Assembly (NCBI RefSeq): GCF_006345805.1
Contig: NC_043013.1
Location: forward strand, 29,016,001 to 29,080,000
Reading direction: 5' to 3'
From: Octopus sinensis
Taxonomy: Eukaryota
Length of the DNA stretch: 64,000 nucleotides
In this document: one piece after another, positions 25,633 through 38,300 of the stretch
Layout: every line of letters begins with the position of its first letter
How positions within the stretch are numbered: the first letter of the stretch is position 1
The notes under the pieces: model-generated
Told to the model about the DNA's origin: nothing
Database searches by the model: none
What the model saw: only the letters and a program-made list of their open reading frames with translations
Program-made: the position numbers and the translations under genes

Positions 25633-28600
25633 CTACATGCGTTGACTTTCTTATTCGGGTGCCACTTTGGCATGTGGTCTGCCCGGTCATTTACACTTTA
25701 GCATACAGTCTAATCCTAACTCTAAATCTCATTCCTAAACCTAACTCTAGTCCTAGCCCTATTCCCAACCCGGATCGGGTCATTTCACAGTGTTAACTAT
25801 GGATACTGTGGTAGACTATACGCTAAAAGAGCACCCTTATTTGTTTGTTTGTCTAGTTTTGAATTAATTTATTCATTTTTAAATAACTCATTTTAATTGT
25901 GCAACTCAAAGTAGGTGAAGCTATAAAAAAATAGCACTTAGGAAAAAAAGTTGAAAGCTGCTTGTGGGGCTTGAACCCACATCTTTTGTGGACACGACAG
26001 ATGTGCTATCCTTATACCAAAGTATCCTTTTCAATTTTTTTCCATCAATTCTAGAAGCTTTTGTTCTTACAAGTGAGAATTGTATGTTGCAAGAATTTAT
26101 TATTTTTTTTTATAAATTTCAAGAGATATGAAATAAATTTTCATAGTGGAACAGAAAAGAAGTTTAAAACTATAAATTATAATAACTATTTTTTTTGTTT
26201 TTGTATTCAACAGAATTGCTAAAATTTAGGAAGGAAATTTTTTCTTTTTTTTTTGTAATATCTGTGAATAAATAAGCTTATTAACTCCTGACATTATTTA
26301 GTTGCTATTATAGCTTCCTTTGCTTTTTGTTTTTTCATAAATTCATTGTCAGTGCCTAGTATAGACTGGTTTATGTTAGGAGTGTTGTCTGGCTCTGGTT
26401 ACACAAGTCTGTAGCACATTTACTGTTGCTGCTTGAGAGGACAGCATCACTGGATTACACATACTTTATTTGTGCTTATAAACAATGAAATATTATTGAG
26501 AGCCACTGAAAATTTTATTGCAGAATGATGTTAATGTCATGAAAATTAGAAACTGCATTGCAGGTTCAAATCCTAGTTGAGTTATTTACATTTAGTTTCT
26601 AACCCTAATCATTAGCCAAGATGGACTCTTCTTTATATGACCTGTTATTCATGTGCTACATGAAGATAATCTTCATTGGATGACCCAGTCTTCCTTAAGA
26701 AGTTTCAGGGTATTTTAGGAAGCACTGAAAGAATTGCATCCATGATACAGGTTCAATTTACGCTAGAGCTATTTCACTAATAAGTGTTAAGGGAATTTTT
26801 TTTTCATTTCTATTATGGATAAAAATTTAATATAGTGTTTCATTTAGACAGATCTAGTCTAGTACTTGGTTTAACATACACCACCACTGAGTTTTTGGGT
26901 ATCTTTAGTCAAATCCAATCTATAGCAAGCATTTGGCCAGGGCCCCCCTGTTTCATCATCATCATCATCATCGTTTAACATCCGTTTTACATACTGGCAT
27001 GGGTCGGACAGTTTGACTGGGGACTGGCAAGCCAGGAGGCTGCACCAAGCTCCAGTCTTATCTAGCAACGTTTCTACATCTGGGAGCTTTTTACATGCCA
27101 CCGGCATGGGAGCCAGTCAGGCAGCACTGGCATCGGCCACGTTCAGATTGGTGCTTTTTATGTGCTATCGGCACAGGAGCCAGCCGGGGCAGGAAGTGGG
27201 GGCTGTTTGAGGATAGCATTGTGTTTTGCTGTACTACTTCATTGTGTAGCATTAATATTTGTTAGAGGGTAAGGTGGTAAGTTGGCAGAATCATTAGTAT
27301 GCCGGGCAACATGCTTAGTGCCAATTTATCCGTCTTTACGTTTTGAGTTCAAATTCTGCTGAGGTCGACTTTGCCTTTCATCCTTTCGGGGTCGATAAAA
27401 TAAGTACCAGCTGAGCATTGGGGTCAATGTAATTGACTTACCCCCTCCCTGAGATTGCTGGCCTTGTGCCAAAATTTGCGAATAATATTTTGTGAGAGCT
27501 TCGAGTGGATTGGTTCTCTGGCAAAGACCCATTACCAGCTGCAACATTGTGATTAACACCTTGGGAGGCTGACCTAATTACCAGCAAGCCCACCTATGCC
27601 TTCTGAATGAAAATAGAGCTTAGCAGTTACCAGTGTGTTATGGTCTCTTTGTTCCTGTCCCTCCTCACCAGTCTCCAAAAGGTCATTATGAGTGCCTCTG
27701 TCTTCCTTTGTCTAAACCCTTAGGATAAAAATAACAATAATAATAATCATAACAAAAAAACAAAAAACAAACAAACTGCAAAAGGTGCAATTGTTATTTA
27801 GCCACAAGTTATCCCCTGATCAAGCAGATGTGTGATCAAAGGCACTCCAGCCATGACCGTCACATCTTGTTACATATATAGGACTTCATTGTTCAACGCG
27901 TTCTTTCTGTTTTTAAGATGCTAAAATACTACAATATGTGTGAGATTTGGCTGCTATTTCTAGCAGATCAGATAACCACTGAGTAGTTCCTTTGGCTTGT
28001 CAAATCAACAATTGTTTATTCTCTGATTTATGTCCTCCCTCTCTTTAACAACCAGAAGTTTTTCTTTTCTTTTCTTTTTTTGTACCACTTCCTGCTGTGC
28101 CAGTATAACTATGTACTTTGCTACTCCTACCTGCAGACTTCGCAAGTCAGCAGACATTTGCCATTATTGCTAGAACTATTATTATCTCTGGCCTAATGCT
28201 AAGTGACCGTTCAGTATTTCTGTCTTGTGTATTGTTTAAATTTCTGGAAAGGTCACCGAAGGAAGTCTTTGTTGCATCAATGATATTTCAGTTGTGTCTA
28301 TAGGTATTTATATGCATGCGTGAGTATATGTGAGTGTGCGTGCGTATTTGTGTGTGTTTGTGTGTGCATGCATGCTTGTGTTTATGCATATACACACACT
28401 CACTCAGAAATGTTACAAAATTGTTAGAAAATGTTTGTATATTAACACATGTATATATATAGAGATATATAGATGTATGTATATATGTACATAGACAGTA
28501 AATCTGTGTATGTGTATGTATATCCATCCGTCTACCTATCCATCCATCCATCCATCCATTGTGTAATTCTTTTTTTTTTTTATTCCTTGTCAGCGATTTA

Positions 28601-28861
28601 CCAATGAAGATCACTTGACTGTACACTTGAAGAAACATGAGATGTGTTTAACCTTAAACTCTGGCAGCAACAATAGAACACCGAACAATTTATTTTTAGG
28701 TAAGTTCTTCTTATGTGTTGGATGAGGTTACACAGCGAGGTGGGCAGCTAGTCTTGCCCCATGTCCTGAGGCTTTCATCTTTAAAGTTCACAACAGAACA
28801 ACCGTGTTGAAAAGAGCATCACAGAGTTACATAAAACAATAGACAATATATATACATATTT

Positions 28862-28904
<43 letters not shown>

Positions 28905-30534
28905 TAATCCAAACAAGAAAGCACAAAAAAAACACAACAACGTGAGGACGTGGAACAAATATAGTATTATTGGATGCTCAGGAAAGAAGGAGGGTTTAAC
29001 GTTTCGAACAGAGCTCTTCGTCGGAAACATAGGAGAAGGAAAGATCCAGAGAAGGGAAGACAGAGAAAAAAAAAATCGCCAACGGTACACACGAGGTCTG
29101 CATCAGTTTTTAGAAATAATGTAGAATTATTACTGAATAGTTTTATTTGTTGATGTTGAAGCCTGTAAATACTTTTGAAGATAAATTTAGATTTTATTGG
29201 TGTAAAAATATCCTTTTATTCTTTTGCTTGTTTCAGTCATTTGACTGCGGCCATGCTGGAGCACCGCCTTTAGTCGAGCAAATCGACCCCCAGGACTTAT
29301 TCGTTGTAAGATCTGGCAATGTTTCTAAAGCTGGATACCCTTCCTAAAAAGAAAGAGAGTATAAATTATAAACAATGTAAATATATAAATGAGAGAAAAA
29401 TTGGAGGGCTTACAAATTGTAATGGAAACTACTTCATCATGTTAATAACTAATTAAATGGTGTAATTACTGTGTTTAATGAGCAACAATGTTTGTAAATA
29501 GATTTATTTGTATTCTTGTATATAGGCATATTTATGCTCATTTAGAGGTGCCACCAAAATAATCAAAGGTACATTCAGTTAGAAAAGTTGGCACGGATAT
29601 AAAATTTAAAAATTATTTACTTTATATCTAGGTCAAGAGCTAGTTAATTTATTTGATAGTTCATTAAATTAGGTAAGTTCATCAGAGAAAGAAATTGATT
29701 TAAAATGTTTATGACAGCACTGGGAATATAGCTTTGGAGAATGTTAGATGCAGTCCAGGTTAGGAAAGATGAGTGTTATGAGATGATGCGAGAAGACTGG
29801 ATGGAGTGCAGTAGACTTCCCTGTAGGAGTTGGATGTAGGGGTTTTACTGGGACCAGACTGAGATGCTGGTTGCTATTAATTGGCATCAAACATCCCCAT
29901 GCAAATGCCATCTTGAATGAGATCCAGGCAGCAGCTAAGAGTGTCAGCAATTGGACATGGCTGCAAAGGAATGATGAAACCTAGCTGGAAAGGTGATGAT
30001 CTCAAAATGGATTTGAACTCAAATTCTAGTCAGTCAAGTCAGTAAATGGGGTGAGGTAGGAGTTGGGGGCACATGTGCTGTAAAGCCATCAGATGGAAGG
30101 ACCTGAAATGGTATGCATTCTCTCCTGATGACTTGGGAAACTGTCTGATGTCTGGTATTTGAAGAATTTGACGGGCTGCATTTGTACAAGCAAGCTGCTT
30201 TCAACTCTCTGGCAACAGATAAAAAAGAATGTCGTGTTTGGCACATCAACGTCATGCCATGTACACTTTCTTGGTTATTGTTACCCCCTCAACATCATCC
30301 CACACAAGCAAATACATACATACATACATACATACATTACATTCTTTTATTTGTTTCAGTCATTTCACTGTGGCCATGCTGGAGCACCACCTTTAGTCAA
30401 GCAAATCAACCTCAGGACTTATTCTTTGTAAGCCTAGTACTTATTGTATCGGTCTCTTTTGCCTAACTGCTAAGTTACGGGGATGTAAACGCACAAGCAT
30501 TGGTTGTCAAGCGATGTTGGGGGGACAAACATAA

Positions 30535-30566
<32 letters not shown>

Positions 30567-33500
30567 GATGGGCTTCTTTCAGTTTCTGTCTACCAAAGCC
30601 ACTCACCAGGCTTTGGTCGGCCTAAGACTATAGTAGAAGATACTTGCCCAAGGTGCCACGCAGTGCGACTGAACCTGGAACCATGTGATTGGTAAGCAAG
30701 TTACTTACCACACAGTCACTCCTGCACCTATACACACACACACATATATATATATGTGTAGGATGTTTGCGAAAATTTCCATAATTTCTTTGAGAAAACT
30801 TAGTTGATTTTACTCCAAAAATATTTATAAACTATAGTCCTAAAGGCATAGGAGTGGCTGTGTGGTAAGTAGCTTGCTTACCAACCACATGGTTCCAGGT
30901 TCAGTCCCATTGCATGGCACCTTGGGCAAGTGTCTTCTTCTATAGCCTCGGGCCAACCAAAGCCTTGTGAGTGGATTTGGTAGACAGAAACTGAAAGAAG
31001 CCCGTCGTATATATGTATATGTATATATATGTGTGTGTGTTTGTGTCTGTGTTTGCCCCCCCCCCCATATCGCTTAACAACCAATGCTGGTGTGTTTACG
31101 TCACCATAACTTAGTGGTTCGACAAAAGAGACCAATAGAACAAGTACTAGGCTTACAAAGAATAAGTCCTGGGGTCGATTTGCTCGACTAAAGGCATTGC
31201 TCCAGCATGGCCACAGTCACATGAACTGAAACAAGTAAAAGAGTAAAGAGTATGAATTATAGATTTGCTTTGAATGTTAAAGACCATACTAGGATCTTGG
31301 AAAGTAAATAAGAATAAAAGACAGAATTGTGAACAGGAAGCTTTTGACACATTGTATAATGTTTGCTGATGAGGCTGGGATTAGTTCTACTTAATTTAAT
31401 GCTGAAGTGACGAATGCAGTTAGTCTAGTGTAAACAATTGCCTCATGTGGCGAACTGAAATAGTTAACACAAGTTGGCTTTTTCTAGGATTGAAATATCA
31501 CTGGCTTAGATTTGTTGGTATTCACTGTTCATTTCTCAATGGCTATTTGCTGTCTCAGTTAAAGACAGTGTTTGAGATACTTTCAATTGTTTGTAAATTA
31601 TGAATAGTTAAGGCAGAGGTTCTCAACATTAGTGGTACCCCACCCACGGGTGTGCAGAGCATGTTGAAGGGGGCGCTAGGCTTTAGTGGGAGGTGAGTGG
31701 GTCAGTGGGGAGTAACTTAATTAACATACTTAATTTTACAGGTTGTATTAATCATGATATACCTTATGAAACTAGCAATGGTTATTAAAGTAAAATGAGA
31801 GGTAAGTATATATTGCGGCTAAAGACAAGTTTGAAAAAGAATTGTTAATTTTTAACATTATTTTGCTTGCAATAATTAATTTTTGATGTTATATAATTTG
31901 CAATGTCATAACTGTGGCCAGTTCCCCCTGACTGGCTCCCTTGCCAGTGGCATGTAAAAGGCACCATCCGAATGTGGCTGATGCCAGTACCCACTGACTG
32001 GCTCCTCTTGCTGGTGGCACGTAAAAAGCACCATCTGAATGTGGCTGATGCCAGTACCCACTGACTGGCTCCCTTGCTGGTGGCACGTAAAAAGCACCAT
32101 CTGAATGTGGCTGATGCCAGTACCCACTGACTGGCTCCTCTTGCCGGTGGCATGTAAAATGCACTGTCTGAATGTGATCGATGCCAGGCCTGCCTGACTG
32201 GCTCCTGTGCTGGTGGCACCCACTACACTCTCGGAGTAGTTGACGCTAGGAAGGGCATCCAGCTGTAGGAACTTTGCCTGATCAGATTGGGGCTTGGTGC
32301 AACCACTGGCTCTCCAGACCTCAGTCAAATTGTCCAAACCATGCCAGCATGGAAAATGGACATTAAACGACGATGACATCAGTATATATCATGGCTAAAG
32401 ATATGTTTGAAGAAGAATTATTAATTTTTAATGTTATATTTCTTGCAATGTGTGAAGTAAATTTACAACTTTTGTCTTCATTAATTTTTTTATCATTTCA
32501 TTGTTAAAAGCTTATACAATCCATTTTTGAATAAAATTTATAGATTATCATCATGTTAAAGTTATTCTAGTTGTGATACCTCACTCGCAATTTAGTTGGG
32601 CGCTAGGCATAACAAGTACTTAAAAAAGAATGCTACAAACAAAGAAATGGTTAAGAACCACTGACCTGAGGAATACGTTTTCAATGTCATCATCACAGCT
32701 GTTGCTACTTGCTGATGGTTAGATGACACTTAATGAGGTAGATTTTCTACAGCTGGATGCTCTTCCTGTCAGCAGCCCTTGTTTATTATAGAAATGAAAT
32801 ATTTTTCATTTCATCAGTTTTCTCATCCATTTTGGTTTAAGAGAATGTAGATACTGCTCGATTTTAGCTCAACTGGTATTAGTAAAGATGTGGTATTGGC
32901 ATTCACACGCAGCACATATATACATGCATATAGGAGTGGCTGTGTGGTAAGTGGCTTGCTTACCAACCACATGGTTCCGGGTTCAGTCCCACTGCATGGC
33001 TCCTTGGGCAAGTGTCTTCTGCTATAGCTTTGGGCTGACCAAAGCCTTTTGAGTGGATTTGGTAGATGGAAACTGAAAGAAGCCCATTGTATATCTGTGT
33101 GTGTGTGTATGTTTGTGTGTCTGTATTTGCCCCCCCCCCCCACATCGCTTGACAACCAATGTTGGTGTGTTTATGTCCCTGTAACTTTGCAGTTCAGCAA
33201 AAGAGATTGGTAGGATAAGTACTAGGCTTACAAAGAATAAGTCCTGAGGGTCGATTTGCTTGACTAAAGGTGGTGCTCCAGTATGGCCGCAGTCAAATGA
33301 CTGGAACAATTAAAAGAATAAAAGAATATATATCTGTGTGTGAGTGTGTGAGTGTGGTGGCGATGAGGATGGAGGTCACTGTAATGAGGTCAGTGGTTAG
33401 AGCTTAGATAGTCTGGAACCAACTGATGTTGAGACTAGTAGGAGGTTGCTTTTATAGTTGACAGTGGGCTCAAATGCAGTTTTGGAACAGACTGTCTTGT

Positions 33501-34699
33501 GATTATTTGAAGGCTGTGATTGGTTGGGTTGCATATTGGCGCCCGATAGAGTAAGAGACAAATTGCACCAATACCAACCAATCGGAGAGGTAGACACAAT
33601 GGGGTCCAAAGCAGTGCCCAAAGGTTAGCTGTTACTTGCTACATTCGTATGTATTTAATATGAGGGGAAGCTCACTAGAGTTTGCTACAGTTCTGACTTC
33701 AAATTTTGCTGAGGCCGACTTCACCTTTTATCCATTGGGGGGTGGTCAATAAAAGAAGTACCAGTTGAGCCCTGGGATTGATTACATCATTCCCAGTACT
33801 CTACTCCCGTAACTACTCCTGGGTATGAGTTATATAAAAAAGTAAAATACACCCTTTCTGCTAAGCCATGTCAAGCAAGTGTGGCAGAGTGGGCTCATCA
33901 AACCAGTATCGTCTCCAACCATCCTCTACTCAAGTCACTTAATGTCCGGGACAATTTCTATTAAAACAGCAAGAGTGTTTCTATGTAGTTGCTTAGGCTG
34001 CTAGAAACAGCAGCCAAATTTTGTTGATAGTCATTCTGTTTTGTTTAACAAAAAATTTCTTCATTTGTTAAATTTCAACTCTATTATTCATTTATTTTTA
34101 TTTTTTTAATTCTATTTTGTATTATTATATTTTACTTCTCAGGACTTTTAGTCTTACCTGCTCCGGTTAATTCTGTGAGAGTGGACAGCAACCTGTCATG
34201 AAAGTCTCACAGAGTCTCTTTCCGCTAATTATAAGGCTCAGTACTTAGGTATTAAGTATCATGGAAGATACTTGGCACCCATGTACCAATCTCAAAATCA
34301 TAGCTGTGTCCAACAGAGCAGTTTTTTTGGGCATACTCTGTTGTTGTTGTTGTTATGATAGACGTCGCACAGTATACAATATTGTGAGGTTGTTGATTGA
34401 AGATATTGTGTCTGTTGGGGGTTTGCACTGTCTGTCAAGTCACAACAAGGACCTCAGACAGACAGTACTTTACGCAATAAGCATGCAGTTCCAAGTAATG
34501 CTGACTTTTGTAATGCATCTAGATTGTAGGGTATTTCTAAGTTTACAGATGTTTTTTCAGATTGGGTGGTATTGAACCCAATGCTCCAATGACAATAGGG
34601 ATAACCTTTATGTCTGACTCTCATAGCTGCCTCATCTTAGTGATCTCAATTCTCAGGTCTCCAAATTATGAACCTTTACTCTTTCTTTCATGATCATGA

Positions 34700-34736
<37 letters not shown>

Positions 34737-35105
34737 GTCATTATTATTATTATTTGTTTTCTTTCTTTTTATTTTTTTTGCTGTGTACAGATCAAACACC
34801 AACCCCTACTAAATTTCTTAAGAACTGTGAAGAGATTGGATTATTTCAAGATTTAACTAAGAACCCCTTTGAAGAAGCTTTTAAAAAAGCATCCGAAACT
34901 GGCGGCAATGATGTCTCCTCTGATGTAAGTTATGCCTTATTCACCCCCCCACTCTCTCTAAGACAAAGCAACAATCATGAAATAGGAGATTCATATTCTT
35001 CCAACAACATACAAATATATCCGAACTTTAATTTAGTTTACTTCTCATACATTATTGTCACACTGCATCTCCTTTCTTGGATAATTGCTTCCCATCTTGG
35101 TTGTA

Positions 35106-35148
<43 letters not shown>

Positions 35149-35329
35149 TGAGTGTTTACTGTGTGCATATCTGAGTGCTGTGTATATATGTGTGCCCGTA
35201 TGTAGATGCCTGCATGTTGGTTTTGTGTATGTGTGTGTGTGTGTTTATGTGTGTGCATTCACACATGCATGTTTGCAAGTCTGGGTGCTGTGTACATTCA
35301 TTTACATGTACTGTGTGTGTGTGTGTGTG

Positions 35330-35364
<35 letters not shown>

Positions 35365-38300
35365 TGAGTGTTTACTGTGTGCATATCTGAGTGCTGTGTA
35401 TATATGTGTGCCCGTATGTAGATGCCTGCATGTTGGTTTTGTGTATGTGTGTGTGTGTTTATGTGTGTGCATTCACACATGCATGTTTGCAAGTCTGGGT
35501 GCTGTGTACATTCATTTACATGTACTGTGTGTGTGTATGAGAGAGAGAGAGAGAGAGTGAGAATAAGGAATCAAATGAGATCACCACTAGGTGAATTATT
35601 AGGGTTCTGGCCTTTAGGTTGAAAAGGTCAATGCTTTAGATCTCCCTGCTACTGTTACTGACTTGTGCCCTTATTAAGGACACTTAAATTATCACCCTTC
35701 AATCTTCCATCTTTGTTCATAGACCTCTAAATATGGGGGAGTGTCATGTCTCTGTCTCGCTCACTCTTTCTGTGTCCCTATCTATTTATTTATCTGTATG
35801 TGTATATTTCCTTGTGTGTGTGTGTGTATCTGCCTCCAGTGCCAAAACATACTGGTACCAAAAATAGGTTCAATGTCCAGTCAGCTGTATCAGATTACCA
35901 GCATCCAAACAGCTGCATACAGTCATCTCATTTCATTCTCTGGTTTAACACCACAGCTTGGATCTAAGGTGCTTCTAGCTGAGTCCATTTTGTTGCAAGT
36001 ATCTAAGCCAGGTCTCTAGTTTGTGGATAACTTGCCCCTTTCTTCTCACTAGTCTCAAAGGCCTTGAGAAATGGTTCACTGGTGTAACCCTTTCCTCTAA
36101 TTAAGTCATAAAAGTTCTCGTTATTGTCTTGTTAATTCCTAGTTGAACCTGTTGATTCATCCCATCTTATACGATCCTATTATGGTACCTTAGCCCATGA
36201 AACGTAGTTCGTTAATTATAGTAAGATAAGATACAAACTACTTACCTACTAAGATCTATACCTCACCAATATTAATTCTAAACATAAAGAATATTACATA
36301 AAAAAAAAAAATTGCGATAAATATAAAAATTATGGTCAAGCACATGATTTTGGGTTCAGTTCCAAGGCATGACACCTTTGGACAAGTATCTTCTACTATA
36401 GCCTTGGGCTGACCAAAGCCTTGTGAATAGATTTGGTTAATGGAAACTGAAAGAAGCCTGTTGTCTATTCTATGTGTGTGTGTGTGTATACACACACATA
36501 GGCGCAGGAGTGGCTGTGTGGTAAGAAGCTTGCTTCCCAACCGCATGGTTCTGGGTTCAGTTCCACTGCATGACATCTTTGGGCAAGTGTCTTCTACTAT
36601 AGCTTCAGGCCAACCAAAGCCATGTGAGTGGATTTGGTAGACAGAAACTGTAAGAAGCCCGTCATATGTGTGTGTATATACACTCACACACACATACACA
36701 TGCGTGTAAGTGTGTCTGTTTTCATCTTCTTGTCTTGATATTGTGTTGTTATTGTAAACAAATGTTGTTTGTTTGCAATGTTCTATGAAAACATGTCAGT
36801 CCATGGGGAAATATTCATTTCACTTGGAAACAGGTAAGGGTTGACAACAGGGAAAGCATCCAGTCCCAAAAAATCTGTCTCAATAAACTCTGTCCAACAA
36901 ATGCCAATATGGAAAAGTGGACATTAAAGTAATGATGACGACGATGATGATGATGATAAATATTATAAAAATATAAAATTCATGATTAAAAATAAAAATC
37001 TAATCAACAATCAAGACAAAATCAGAGTGAAAATGTGTGAGAGAGAGAGAGAGAGAGAGGCTGTATTGCAGGTCTGATTAAACCAGATTTGATTATAGTG
37101 CATTGGACATTTTGGGCATTGCATTATTTACTGACCATTTCATCTGGTCTCTGAGCATTAATTCCACTGTCTGATTAAGTTAGTGTTTTTGTTATACAAA
37201 AAAAAAAAAAAGAAAATATAAGAAAGTGGCCCAACAACAGCAATATTTCATATATTTAACAAGGTAGCAACAGCGAATGGTTGTAAGAGGTTTATTATAT
37301 TGGAAATAGATTTTATTTCTGCATTTTTCCAATTCACAATTGTTGTCATCATCATCATCATAACTGTCTCCATAATCATTCCCAATATCAAAGAAGCCTC
37401 TATGTGTTCATATAACGTAGAAATACCATCCAGATCTTCCTTCCTCATTGACTGTAGTCACTGCATAGAGACTCTCCTATTACTTCAGTTGTCCACAGAG
37501 TCTCTTTTGCTGGCTTAAGGGTCTACTTAAAACCTTTTCTCTTTTGACTCAAGCAATCGCATACTGCCTCTGGTGTTTGCTGATGCAACACCTTAGAGCT
37601 TCCTTCATTGACTCAAGTGATTGCCTAGTCTCACTTGGGAGTTTAAGTAACAGTGTAGAAGAGCCTGTCTTGGTTAAACTGCATCTGGTTCTGTAGTTCA
37701 AATGTCTTATTTTCATAAGTTTTGAATTAAAATCTTCCACCCAGCCTTAGTCACAATTTATGTTCCTAACACCAGCTTAATGATAACTAAAGTTATTTTA
37801 CTAAATTCTTTGTTATATTTAACCCTTTTAAAAACAATCCAACTGAAACCGGCTCTGGCTCTGTAGTACAAATGTCTTGTTTTCATGTTTTGAATTAGAA
37901 TCTTCTACCAAACCTTAGTCACAATTTATGTTCCTAACATTAGCTTAATGATCATCATTATCATCATCATCATCGTTTAACGTCCGCTATCCATGCTAGC
38001 ATGGGTTGGACGGTTCAACTGGGGTCTGGCAAGCCCGAAGGCTGCACCAGGCCAGTCAGATCTGGCAGTGTTTCTACAGCTGGATGCCCTTCCTAACGCC
38101 AACCACTCCGAGAGTGTAGTGGGTGATTTTATGTGCCACCGACACAGGTGCCAGACGAGGCTGGCAGACGGCCACGCTCGGATGGTGTTTTTTATGTGCC
38201 ACCGACACAGGTGCCAGACGAGCTGGCTGACGGCACGCTCGGATGGTGTTTTCTTATGTGTCACCGACACAGGTGCCAGACGGGGCTGGCGGACGGCCAC

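Noticed and set aside
25708-25770. Interstitial telomere
   Set aside because: Too short and degenerate; such hexamer tracts are common inside small TEs.
25955-26027. Functional tRNA gene
   Set aside because: The acceptor and anticodon stems do not pair convincingly; kept only as a tRNA-like remnant.
30126-30150. CTGATGA..GAAAC..GTC hammerhead-like string
   Set aside because: Only 5 nt between the boxes, with no stem II or stem I.
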